From assembly GCA_964549355.1 (NCBI GenBank), contig CAZJUS010000002.1:1-48520 (forward strand): 48,520 nt of DNA. The letters run 5' to 3'. A program made the translations under genes and the position numbers. Positions 25,574-33,526 of this stretch are shown in pieces (the stretch's first letter is position 1; each line of letters starts with the position of its first letter). This DNA comes from Candidatus Undinarchaeota archaeon (GTDB lineage: Archaea > SpSt-1190). The notes beneath the pieces were generated by a model. It was not told the DNA's origin and made no database searches. It was given only the letters and a program-made list of their open reading frames with translations.

Positions 25574-26328
25574 TGGATGTATTTGCCCCGGAGAAGGCAG
25601 TGCTTTTAACTTTGTTCTCAGTGGTGGCCATTAAGCTGGCAGGGGCCAAGATGTTCCTGGTCTTCCCGCTCTTCATGTTCTTCCTGGGCTTCAACGGACT
25701 GAGCTCCTGCTCCCTGGTGGATATCGACAGGCTCTATAACCCCAAGAAAGACCTGCCCAGCGGAAAAATCGGCATACTTGACTCTTTCCGCATTTCACTT
25801 CTGCTGGTAATTTTTTCCATTCTTGCCTCAATATACTCCGATTCACTTATAGCCACTGTCGCTTTGGTCTTGATTGGGATGAGCTCTGTCGCCATTCGGC
25901 TTAACTATACTTTTCTGTCCAATCTCATTGAGAGCCTTACCTTTTTCTTTGCAATGCTTGTTCCTTCATTCACAACTTCACGCTTTATTTACAACTTTCC
26001 GCTGGCGTGGGGGGTTGCACTCATGTTCTTCTTGATGCACCTCTCCAAAGGCCTCGAAAGACCTTATGGGTTTGAAAACTTGAATCTGCCGAAAATTGTC
26101 GGGGTGGAAACCTCAAAGTATATTTTTGCAATGGTAAGCTTCCTGGCAGTTATTTGGGGGCTGGCGCCTGCAGTGCTGATGTCCCTTGGATACAACTTGG
26201 TCTATCCTTTCTCAATGTCTGCCTTGTCCATCGCAGTGTATCTGACGCTGACGGACCGGCACAAGGAGGCTGGAAGGGCTTTGAAAGCAGCGTCCGTGCT
26301 TTATCTGCTGGCATTCCTTCTTTTATAG
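25570..26328 (+). CDS. UbiA-family prenyltransferase-like membrane protein
   Basis: Polytopic membrane protein. SLVDIDRLYNPKKDLPSGKI resembles the first Asp-rich motif of UbiA/DGGGP synthases. Confidence 0.65.
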   Translation: MMDVFAPEKAVLLTLFSVVAIKLAGAKMFLVFPLFMFFLGFNGLSSCSLVDIDRLYNPKKDLPSGKIGILDSFRISLLLVIFSILASIYSDSLIATVALVLIGMSSVAIRLNYTFLSNLIESLTFFFAMLVPSFTTSRFIYNFPLAWGVALMFFLMHLSKGLERPYGFENLNLPKIVGVETSKYIFAMVSFLAVIWGLAPAVLMSLGYNLVYPFSMSALSIAVYLTLTDRHKEAGRALKAASVLYLLAFLLL

Positions 26329-27270
26329 CTTTGACAGCATTTCAGCCAGGTCTCCGAGGCTGTACCGCGCCCCATTGTGGGACCCGTCGAAGATGCGGAC
26401 ATTGTCCGGCGTAAACTTGGGCCCCGCAATCAGCATGGGCTGGTCAAGCCCGGTGTTTTCGGTTGTAGTCCCGCAGACAATCACCGTTTCCTTTTCCGAC
26501 AGGGCAATAAGAGGCAGAAGAAGCTTATCGACTTTTTCCAAACCTGATTTGGTCTTTTCGCCGAACACTGCAATTTTTTTATGAGGGCCGGCAGGCCCAA
26601 GAGCTTTATTCACACAGGCAAAGTCCTTCACTTTTTTCATTCCAAGGATTTTGATTAATCCGTTGAATTTCTGTGAATCGCAGGACATGCATGCATTCAC
26701 TTTCAAAGGGGTTTTCTTAATTTTTCCAAATCCTTTCAGGATTGGATATCTCCCTGTTTTTTCATTCAAGATGTCCGAGAAAGTCCTCAGGGCTTTTGAT
26801 GTGGCCTTTGCGCCGGCTTCAACTGGTGCAACTTTATTCACTGCACCGTCTTTGATTGTGTTCCCTGCCACATTCTCCGAGCCTTTGTAGATGACGAAGC
26901 TCTGCCCCTTGAGCGTCTTCAGCTCAAATTCAAAAGAGCCGACCCGGATTTTCATATCCTGCGGTGCTTTCAAATCTTCAAGGATTTCCATGGACTTGTT
27001 GATTTTTACAAAGTCGGCCAGCGCAACAGTTTTTCCAAACGCATTGAGTCCCCTCGACAGCGCTTCAAGGGGGCCCAAACCCGGGAATGGATCCCGGCTG
27101 GCAATCTTCCAGACGAATTCCAGACTCGGGAGTGCTTTCCAGCCGGTTGTCACGTGCCCCGTCCGTCCGAGTTCGGCCAGCCTGTCGAGTATGGGCGTCT
27201 GGGCTTCCGCCAGGCTCCCGCGGTTGCCGAGGTTCTCAATCAGGACCATCATCATGGCCACCTCATCCAC
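26323..27270 (-). CDS. ApgM / alkaline-phosphatase-superfamily-like protein, divergent
   Basis: The N-terminus MVLIENLGNRGSL..AQTPILDRLAELGRTGHV parallels the ApgM pattern (I)LDGxxD...TPxLDxLAxxG, but the acidic metal ligands are not evident. Confidence 0.4.
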   Translation of the reverse strand: MDEVAMMMVLIENLGNRGSLAEAQTPILDRLAELGRTGHVTTGWKALPSLEFVWKIASRDPFPGLGPLEALSRGLNAFGKTVALADFVKINKSMEILEDLKAPQDMKIRVGSFEFELKTLKGQSFVIYKGSENVAGNTIKDGAVNKVAPVEAGAKATSKALRTFSDILNEKTGRYPILKGFGKIKKTPLKVNACMSCDSQKFNGLIKILGMKKVKDFACVNKALGPAGPHKKIAVFGEKTKSGLEKVDKLLLPLIALSEKETVIVCGTTTENTGLDQPMLIAGPKFTPDNVRIFDGSHNGARYSLGDLAEMLSKL

Positions 27271-27340
27271 GGCGGTTTTTAAGGCATTGCCGGGCGCGCC
27301 ACTGCAGGTTGTTGCAGTATTTATAAGCCGGAAGAGAAAC

Positions 27341-27350
27341 TTTTATAAAT
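27341..27350 (+). promoter_or_regulatory. TATA box (ttttataaat) upstream of tfb
   Basis: It lies about 60 nt upstream of the ATG at 27408. A ggagg lies 10 nt before the ATG, so this gene appears to have a leader. Confidence 0.4.
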
Positions 27351-27407
27351 TAAAAATGAGGCATCTAGAAGTTGCCTTTAAAAAAATTTCTGTGGAGGAT
27401 GATATAG

Positions 27408-28376
27408 ATGGCCCTAGTCGGTGGAGATTTTGACAGCACAAAAAAATGCCCCAAATGCGGTTCAACCAGGATAAAGAAAGACAATATCCGCGGGGAAATT
27501 GTCTGTATGGATTGCGGTTATGTCATTGCCGATAATCTGATAGATTTCAGCCAGGAGTGGCGCGAGTTTGACAGCGATGATGTCAACGGCCGCAGGCGTG
27601 CAGGCGCGCCCATAAGCCTGGCCCGCCACGACAAAGGCATAAGCACTGAAATAGGCATGGGCTTCAGCGACATTTTCAAGCTCTCCCCCAAGCTCCGCCC
27701 CAAATTCCTCCGGCTCAAAAAATGGCAGCAGAGGATCAGCACTGCCATAGAGCGCAATTTGAAGTATGCTTTGGCGGAGCTGAAAAGATACACCAGCCAG
27801 CTCAGCCTCCCTCCCAGTGTGGAGGAGACAACGGCCCTGATTTACAGGCGCGCAGTGGCCAAAGAGCTGGTGCGGGGCAGGTCCATGGAGTCGGTTGTTG
27901 CTGCATCTCTTTATGCAGCCTGCCGGGAGCACGGAAGCCCCAGGACCCTTGATGAAATTGCAGCGATTGCGAATATTCCAAAGCGGGAGATTGGCAGGAC
28001 CTACCGGTTTATTGCCCGCCAGCTGGGCATTCGGATTCTGCCCACAGACCCTGCAGAGTACATCCCAAGATTCGCCAGCAACCTGAATCTGTCCGGCAAG
28101 ACAGTGACCCGGGCCTTGACCATCCTTGACAAAGCCAAACACAAAGAATTGACATCCGGCCGTGGCCCGACCGGAGTGGCCGCTGCAGTCCTCTATATCG
28201 CCGCCCAGCTGACAGGCGAGAAAAAGACGCAGCGGGAAGTGGCTGAAGTTGCAGGGGTCACCGAGGTCACCATCCGGAACAGATACAAAGAGCTCACCAA
28301 GAATTTGAAGTTTGAAGGTTTGGAAGAAGGAAAGGCCGTTCCAGCCAAGCCGGTTCTTGTGAAGGCGGAGAACTGA
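27408..28376 (+). CDS. tfb: Transcription initiation factor TFB (TFIIB)
   Basis: N-terminal Zn ribbon CPKCGS...CMDCGYV, followed by two cyclin-fold repeats. Confidence 0.95.
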   Translation: MALVGGDFDSTKKCPKCGSTRIKKDNIRGEIVCMDCGYVIADNLIDFSQEWREFDSDDVNGRRRAGAPISLARHDKGISTEIGMGFSDIFKLSPKLRPKFLRLKKWQQRISTAIERNLKYALAELKRYTSQLSLPPSVEETTALIYRRAVAKELVRGRSMESVVAASLYAACREHGSPRTLDEIAAIANIPKREIGRTYRFIARQLGIRILPTDPAEYIPRFASNLNLSGKTVTRALTILDKAKHKELTSGRGPTGVAAAVLYIAAQLTGEKKTQREVAEVAGVTEVTIRNRYKELTKNLKFEGLEEGKAVPAKPVLVKAEN

Positions 28377-28621
28377 TGAGATTCAAGAAATATGACAAAG
28401 CCCGCATGCTCAAGGAAGAGAACAAAGTCGAGTTTGAGGGCCAGATGGGGTCCTCCCTGTATTTCAAAGTTTTTTCCGGAAAGGAGGCATACTCTGTGGT
28501 CTTCCGCGGGCCGGGGAAGCAGTGGCTTTGTGAATGCCAGTATTTTGTCATAAAGGGCAAAACATGCTCCCATATTCTTGCCTGTAAGCTTTGGCTGAAG
28601 GAGCACCGCGACAAACTCTGA
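28376..28621 (+). CDS. SWIM-type zinc-finger mini-protein
   Basis: CECQYFVIKGKTCSHILA fits CxCx(n)CxH. The ATG overlaps the tfb stop by 1 nt. Confidence 0.7.
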   Translation: MRFKKYDKARMLKEENKVEFEGQMGSSLYFKVFSGKEAYSVVFRGPGKQWLCECQYFVIKGKTCSHILACKLWLKEHRDKL

Positions 28622-28682
28622 AACGGGTGGAAACCGGCGCCTGCCATGAAAAAGGTTATTTAAGTGAGGGGAGTAATACTCT

Positions 28683-28898
28683 GTGGTCAAAGTGCTGATT
28701 TTTTCGGACCTGCGCGATGTGGCCGGCAGGGACTCCGCAGAGTTTGAAGGGCCCATAATGATCCACGAAATCATACTCGACCTCGGCCTCCAGGATGAAA
28801 CTGTTATTACAGCATTGAACCACGAGCTCTGCGACAGGGATGCAGTTGCCAAACCGGGGGATGTGGTGTCCCTGATGCCCTTGTTTTCTGGTGGTTGA
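28683..28898 (+). CDS. moaD: MoaD/ThiS-fold sulfur-carrier protein (ends in -GG)
   Basis: 71 aa ending LMPLFSGG followed by a stop. It directly abuts the ATG of a moaE-like gene. Confidence 0.75.
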   Translation: MVKVLIFSDLRDVAGRDSAEFEGPIMIHEIILDLGLQDETVITALNHELCDRDAVAKPGDVVSLMPLFSGG

Positions 28899-29228
28899 AT
28901 GGATGAAGCAAATGATGCGGGGGCGAGAGTCCAGTTCACAGGCATAGTCCGAAGCGAGGGCGGCAGGCTGTGGGGGCTGGAATATGAAAGCTACGATGAG
29001 CTGGCGGTCAAGGAAATTGAGAAGCTTAGGCGGGAGGCTGTTGAAAAGTTTGGAGTCTTCAAAGTGGAGCTCCAGCAGAAAATCGGCAGGTTTCCGGCGG
29101 GGGCTCCCGTCTTCCACGTAGTGGTGTATGCGCGCAACCGGAAGGAAGCCTTTGAGGCTTGCAGCTGGCTGGTGGACCAGTTCAAGGAAAGAATCCCCGT
29201 ATGGAAGCACGAGATACCAAAAGAATAA
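28899..29228 (+). CDS. moaE: Molybdopterin synthase catalytic subunit MoaE-like (short, 109 aa)
   Basis: Contains FTGIVRSE..., LEYESY, ARNRKEAFEAC and FKERIPVWKHE (the conserved K...P.WK.E motif). Confidence 0.7.
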   Translation: MDEANDAGARVQFTGIVRSEGGRLWGLEYESYDELAVKEIEKLRREAVEKFGVFKVELQQKIGRFPAGAPVFHVVVYARNRKEAFEACSWLVDQFKERIPVWKHEIPKE

Positions 29229-29252
29229 ATCCGATACCAAAAGAATAAATCC
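29213..29252. repeat. Perfect 20-bp tandem duplication (gataccaaaagaataaatcc x2) spanning the moaE stop codon
   Basis: Read directly from the sequence: 29213-29232 equals 29233-29252. Confidence 0.95.
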
Positions 29253-29295
29253 TGCCGGGTGGGGACTTGCTGTGGACCTGCAGAAAATACGGGGG

Positions 29296-29520
29296 ATGAA
29301 AAACAAAGGGGCCAGGCTTATTACAATATCCAGCAACGGCCGGTGGATTGTCTACCATTTTGATTTTGAAGGCAGGATTCACAATTTGAAATTCCCCGCC
29401 AAAAATGTGCCCAGCATTACTAAAATTTATCCGGGTGCTGAGATGTATGAAAGGGAGATAATGGAAAAATACGGCGTCAAGTTCCGCGGCCACCCGAAGC
29501 CTTTTAAACTTTTTACATAG
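29296..29520 (+). CDS. NuoC/MbhK-like hydrogenase subunit, truncated (74 aa)
   Basis: VPSITKIYPGAEMYEREIMEKYGVKFRGHP matches the C-terminal signature of 30-kDa (NuoC-type) subunits. The N-terminal half of the domain is absent. Confidence 0.65.
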   Translation: MKNKGARLITISSNGRWIVYHFDFEGRIHNLKFPAKNVPSITKIYPGAEMYEREIMEKYGVKFRGHPKPFKLFT

Positions 29521-29527
29521 ACATTAC

Positions 29528-30328
29528 ATGACATCCGAAAAATACAAAGTCCTTGTGCTTGGAGATTTGGAAATTTTTAACCAACTGCTTGCCCGCTATG
29601 AACGGCCGGAGCCAAAAAGTGACATATCCACTCCGCTGGAAGATTTTGAATTTATTACGCAGGAATTTGAAAACCCTTATGAGGTCCATAATCACTTCAA
29701 AAAATTAGGGCCATTTTTTCCCGGGCACACATATTCGGATATTTTTGTAGTTTTTGATGGCGAAATTAATGACGAAGTGCCGGCGCTTGACAAATATGAT
29801 ACGACTGTCTGGTATTTCAACCAGGATGATGTAAAAAAATTCAACAGATTTTTTAGGCGTGGCACATCGGACAAGCTTATCAGGCATCTCAAACAGGCCA
29901 TTGCAAAACCATACATTTACAAGCTGCTGGTTTTTGACCGCAATAATACTTTTGGGGAAGCCATGAAACTGGTGCCGTATGAATTGTGTGAAAAATACTA
30001 TCATTCCTATGAGGAGGATGGGAAGCGGATGGGGGAATTTGTTTCCCCCAAGCACGGGAGGATGGAATTTGAACTACGGGACAGGCCCACCAATTCCGAC
30101 AGCGTCTGGTATGATTTTTACATTGCAGTCGGAGACAAAGGAAAACGCAACCTGCGCAGGAGCACCAAGCTCCCTGGAAGGGAAGCATACTTTCTTGAGG
30201 GAAGGCCGCATGAGGTTTCGGCTCAGATAAGTAAGATTTTAAAGCAACGGCAATTGCCCCGCAGGCCGGGTGTCCTGATAGGCGTCCGTTATCACCTTGA
30301 CGGCAGGATTTCGGGGAACTATCTGTGA
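29528..30328 (+). CDS. Orphan protein (266 aa) inserted inside the hydrogenase gene cluster
   Basis: Long ORF that looks lower in GC than its neighbours. The N-terminal KVLVLGD resembles a GTPase beta-1 strand, but no P-loop follows. No family was recognised. Confidence 0.6.
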   Translation: MTSEKYKVLVLGDLEIFNQLLARYERPEPKSDISTPLEDFEFITQEFENPYEVHNHFKKLGPFFPGHTYSDIFVVFDGEINDEVPALDKYDTTVWYFNQDDVKKFNRFFRRGTSDKLIRHLKQAIAKPYIYKLLVFDRNNTFGEAMKLVPYELCEKYYHSYEEDGKRMGEFVSPKHGRMEFELRDRPTNSDSVWYDFYIAVGDKGKRNLRRSTKLPGREAYFLEGRPHEVSAQISKILKQRQLPRRPGVLIGVRYHLDGRISGNYL

Positions 30329-30334
30329 CCAGAA

Positions 30335-30345
30335 CATATAAATTA
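30335..30345 (+). promoter_or_regulatory. TATA box (catataaatta) immediately upstream of the hydrogenase large-subunit gene
   Basis: It is centred about 25 nt upstream of the GTG at 30365. Confidence 0.4.
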
Positions 30346-30364
30346 TGCCAAGACCCACCAGTCT

Positions 30365-31489
30365 GTGCCAAAAATCTCCATTCCTTTCGGCCCATACCAT
30401 CCGGCCCTCGGCGAACCGGAATATTTTCAGGTGGTCACTGAAGGCGAAATCATAAAGATGGTGGACTTTGAGCTCGGCTACAACTACCGCGAGATTGAAA
30501 AGAAGGCCCTGACCTTCGCCTGGCCGAAGGCCATAAGTTTTCTGGGGCGGATATGCGGCATCTGTAGTTCGGCGCATACCCAGGCGTTTACACTTGCAAT
30601 GGAAAAGATAAACAGCATCGAAATTCCGCGCAAGGCGTCATGGCTCCGGGTTTTCGGGGCAGAGCTTGAGCGGATAAGCAGCCACCTGCTTTGGCTCGGG
30701 CTCATGGGGGAGATGGCAGGCTTTGAGCCATTGTTTTATCTTTCGTGGGGAGCCCGCGAGCATGTGCTCAATATAATGGAAAGATTCGGGGGCAAGCGCG
30801 TCCAGTACAGCTACATGACTTACGGTGGCGTCCTGCACAGCATAAAGGACAGGAATTTTGTCGGGCGGGAGCTGGCAGAACTCCGCAAAAAATACGGCGA
30901 AGTCAAAGCAATGGTGGTTTCAAATGAAGGTCTTGCCTCCCGCTTCAAAGGGGTTGGAAAAATTTCACAGCAGGATGTGAAGGACTACGGACTGGTTGGC
31001 CCGACTGCCCGGGGAAGCGGGGTGGACATGGATACAAGAAAGGACATGCCGTATCTTGCCTATGAAGACCTGGGATTCACAACCCGCGTTCACAATGGAG
31101 GCGACACCTATTCACGGTTGATGGTCAGGCTTGATGAGGTTGATGAAAGCATTTCACTTGCTGAAACAATTGTGAATGAGCTTCCCGGAGGCCGCCTGAA
31201 GTCGATTGAAAAATTTTACAAATCAAAGGAAGGCGAGGCGTCTCAAGCCGTCGAGGCCCCCCGCGGGGAGAATTTCCACTATGTTGTTGCAGGCAAGCTG
31301 ATGCTGAAGTTCATCAGGGTCCGCCCGCCGACCTTTGCCAATCTCTCAGTAGTGCCGAAGATGCTCAAGGGCATGACAGTTTCGGATGTGCCCGTAATCA
31401 TCAGCAGCATAGACCCCTGCTTTGCCTGCACGGATAGGGTGATACTTGTTGATGAAAAAAGCAGGACAGTCAGGGAGGTGCAGATGTGA
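30365..31489 (+). CDS. Group-4 [NiFe]-hydrogenase large subunit (NuoD/EchE/MbhL-like)
   Basis: The N-terminal RICGICSSAH and C-terminal DPCFACTDR Ni-Fe ligand motifs are both present. A 16-aa C-terminal extension follows the R cleavage position. Confidence 0.9.
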   Translation: MPKISIPFGPYHPALGEPEYFQVVTEGEIIKMVDFELGYNYREIEKKALTFAWPKAISFLGRICGICSSAHTQAFTLAMEKINSIEIPRKASWLRVFGAELERISSHLLWLGLMGEMAGFEPLFYLSWGAREHVLNIMERFGGKRVQYSYMTYGGVLHSIKDRNFVGRELAELRKKYGEVKAMVVSNEGLASRFKGVGKISQQDVKDYGLVGPTARGSGVDMDTRKDMPYLAYEDLGFTTRVHNGGDTYSRLMVRLDEVDESISLAETIVNELPGGRLKSIEKFYKSKEGEASQAVEAPRGENFHYVVAGKLMLKFIRVRPPTFANLSVVPKMLKGMTVSDVPVIISSIDPCFACTDRVILVDEKSRTVREVQM

Positions 31490-31881
31490 GTGCGAGGCAT
31501 AAATCCTTGTGGGTCTATATCCTAAGCCAGGGGTCGTGCAACGGGTGCGAGCTGGAATGCCTTGCAGCATTCGCCCCCCGCTTTGACCCTGAGCGGATAG
31601 GAGCCAAGCTTGTCCCCAGCCCCCGCCATGCGGATATAGTGCTTTTGACTGGATGCGGCACAAAAAAAGGGGCGGAGAAGGCCCACAGGGTTTTTGAGCA
31701 GGTGCCCGAGCCGAAAATTGCGGTGCAGATTGGGGCATGCGCACTGAACGGAGGCGTCTTCAAGTGCCGCGGACCCCGCATAGAAGGGCAGGTCAAAGTC
31801 GAAGGGTGCCCGCCCGACCCCACAGAAATAATTGGTGCAATAAAACAGGCAGCGGAGTTGTTGAAATGTTCAAAGTCCTGA
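31486..31881 (+). CDS. [NiFe]-hydrogenase small subunit (NuoB-like)
   Basis: Contains CNGCE, SPRHADIVLLTG, GACALNGG and GCPP, which supply four Cys for the proximal 4Fe-4S cluster. Confidence 0.9.
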   Translation: MSARHKSLWVYILSQGSCNGCELECLAAFAPRFDPERIGAKLVPSPRHADIVLLTGCGTKKGAEKAHRVFEQVPEPKIAVQIGACALNGGVFKCRGPRIEGQVKVEGCPPDPTEIIGAIKQAAELLKCSKS

Positions 31882-32129
31882 TGAATTTGTTCCGGAGGCG
31901 CGAGACCCAGGAGGGATTCACCCGCAAGTTTCCCAAAGAGCGCATGGGGCGTGTTCACTACGACAAGTCCAAGTGCATTCGTGCTTATGAATGCGTCAAA
32001 TACTGCCCTGCACAGGCTATCCGGATTGGGAAGGACAAATTCATAGAAATTGACCATGAAAAGTGCATAAGATGCGGCGTGTGCACTCTGGTATGCCCGT
32101 CGAAAGCGCTGACTATGAGGAAGAAGTGA
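31866..32129 (+). CDS. 2x[4Fe-4S] ferredoxin subunit (NuoI/MbhN-like)
   Basis: Contains CIRCGVCTLVCP and a degenerate first motif CIRAYECVKYCP. The internal ATG of ORF 31737 was used. Confidence 0.8.
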   Translation: MFKVLMNLFRRRETQEGFTRKFPKERMGRVHYDKSKCIRAYECVKYCPAQAIRIGKDKFIEIDHEKCIRCGVCTLVCPSKALTMRKK

Positions 32130-32154
32130 TGTGGATGAGGAAGAAGTGATGTAG
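32115..32154. repeat. 20-bp tandem duplication (atgaggaagaagtgatgtRg x2) spanning the ferredoxin stop codon
   Basis: Read directly from the sequence: 32115-32134 vs 32135-32154, with 19/20 identical. Confidence 0.95.
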
Positions 32155-32379
32155 ATGCCGAAAAAACCTGCACCGAAAAAAGTGAATTGGAAGCGCAAAC
32201 CTTTTGCTGCAGGGCATTATGTGAAAAGGAACCAAAAATACAGATATCTTTCATTGAGCTACAAGACCTTCCTTCTGCTGGTCTCCATTCATACGTCTAT
32301 TTTTTTGGTCCCGCGCTTTCCAATTGTGTCTATTATCCTCCTGCTTTCCCTGATAAAGGGGTGGTCGATTGCCGGCTAG
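32155..32379 (+). CDS. Possible small membrane protein (74 aa)
   Basis: Lys-rich N-terminus followed by hydrophobic segments. It fills the gap before the NuoH-like gene. A competing ORF exists in another frame, so this call is weak. Confidence 0.3.
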   Translation: MPKKPAPKKVNWKRKPFAAGHYVKRNQKYRYLSLSYKTFLLLVSIHTSIFLVPRFPIVSIILLLSLIKGWSIAG

Positions 32380-33181
32380 CCTTCCAATCCTCCCAATCCT
32401 TCTCGGGGTTCCTTTCGGCGTGGAGTGGGTCAAGCGCAAGGTGGATGCCCGGGTTGAGCGCAGGGTCGGCCCCCCTCTGCTCCAGCCGGTTTATGATTTT
32501 GTGAAGCTGTGGCAGAAGAAGACTGTGCTTCCGGAGGATGCCGGCTTCTTTTTCAGGGCAGGCCCCCCTATTTTGTTCCTTTTGGCGGTGGCTGCACTGT
32601 ATGTGGCATGGTCCCGGCCGGCTTGGGCCGTGCTGATACTGCTGGTTTTATTTTCCCTGATGACTCTTGCAAAGATGGCGATTGCTGACAGCGTGAAAAG
32701 TCCATTCACCGCGCTGGGCATGGGGAGGCTCGGCAGTATGAAGCTGGCCCTGGACCCAGCCTTCCCCCTGGCCTTCCTTGCCCCTGCCTTCGCATGGGGC
32801 TTCAGCATGGACTGGCCTGCAAAAGCCTGGCTGCTCTTTCCCGTAGCCTTGGCGGCTTCGCTGGCAGAGCTTGAACTGCCCCCTTTCGATATCTCCCACG
32901 CCAAGAGCGAAATTGTCGCGGGGTGGAAGACTGAACTCTCCGGACGGCTGCTGGCTCTGGCGGATTATGCCGAGTACGCCAAGATGGCTGCAGTTGCGTT
33001 GATGCTGGCTGCCATGTTCGGCCCTGCCTGGTCCTGGCTCAAGGCCCTTGGGGTTTTCACTGCCATGGTGGCGGTTTCAATCGCCATGCCGAGGATGAGA
33101 TTTGTTTCTGCTGTCCGGGCCCTTTCACTAATCAATATAATTGCTATGGCGGAGGTGATATTGTGCTTGAGCTTGGCTTGA
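32369..33181 (+). CDS. NuoH/EchB/MbhM-like membrane subunit
   Basis: Contains RKVDARVERRVGPPLLQPVYDFVKLWQK and ELELPPFD..AKSEIVAGW..ELSG. It has a TTG start preceded by aggggtgg. Confidence 0.88.
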   Translation: MPASLPILPILLGVPFGVEWVKRKVDARVERRVGPPLLQPVYDFVKLWQKKTVLPEDAGFFFRAGPPILFLLAVAALYVAWSRPAWAVLILLVLFSLMTLAKMAIADSVKSPFTALGMGRLGSMKLALDPAFPLAFLAPAFAWGFSMDWPAKAWLLFPVALAASLAELELPPFDISHAKSEIVAGWKTELSGRLLALADYAEYAKMAAVALMLAAMFGPAWSWLKALGVFTAMVAVSIAMPRMRFVSAVRALSLINIIAMAEVILCLSLA

Positions 33182-33375
33182 TTGTGTGCATGTTGCTGGC
33201 GGTTGTTTCACGCACCAACAATCAGCTGGTTTTGTTCTACTTCCTGTCCGGCATCATGCTTTCAGCCATACTCCTGTCCAACGGCCTGGTCCTGGTTGCC
33301 CTTGTCCAAAGCATGTCTTCGACTGCGGGCGCAGTAGCCCTTCTTCTTTTTGGAGGTGAAATAGTTGAAACATGA
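33163..33375 (+). CDS. Small integral-membrane subunit (70 aa)
   Basis: Two hydrophobic helices. It has a GTG start preceded by ggaggtga and is translationally coupled within the operon. Confidence 0.55.
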   Translation: MLELGLIVCMLLAVVSRTNNQLVLFYFLSGIMLSAILLSNGLVLVALVQSMSSTAGAVALLLFGGEIVET

Positions 33376-33526
33376 GGTAATTGCATTGCTGGCGTTTGCT
33401 TCAATGGCATTCCTGCTGGGCAACCCGTCCCCTGCCACTGCAGTCTTCGCCCCGTCCTCCCTTGAAATATCCCTTGTGTTTTCGATGGTATTCACTTTTG
33501 CAGTGGGTTTGGAGGTCATAAAATGA
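33365..33526 (+). CDS. Possible small membrane subunit (53 aa, not in the ORF track)
   Basis: My translation is LKHEVIALLAFASMAFLLGNPSPATAVFAPSSLEISLVFSMVFTFAVGLEVIK. It has a TTG start and an ATGA overlap with the next gene. Confidence 0.35.
   Translation: MKHEVIALLAFASMAFLLGNPSPATAVFAPSSLEISLVFSMVFTFAVGLEVIK

Noticed and set aside
32187-32504. 105-aa ORF in an alternative frame between the ferredoxin and NuoH-like genes.
   Set aside because: It overlaps the well-supported NuoH-like start and has no hydrophobic or family features. The competing 74-aa ORF (32155-32379) is itself only weakly supported.
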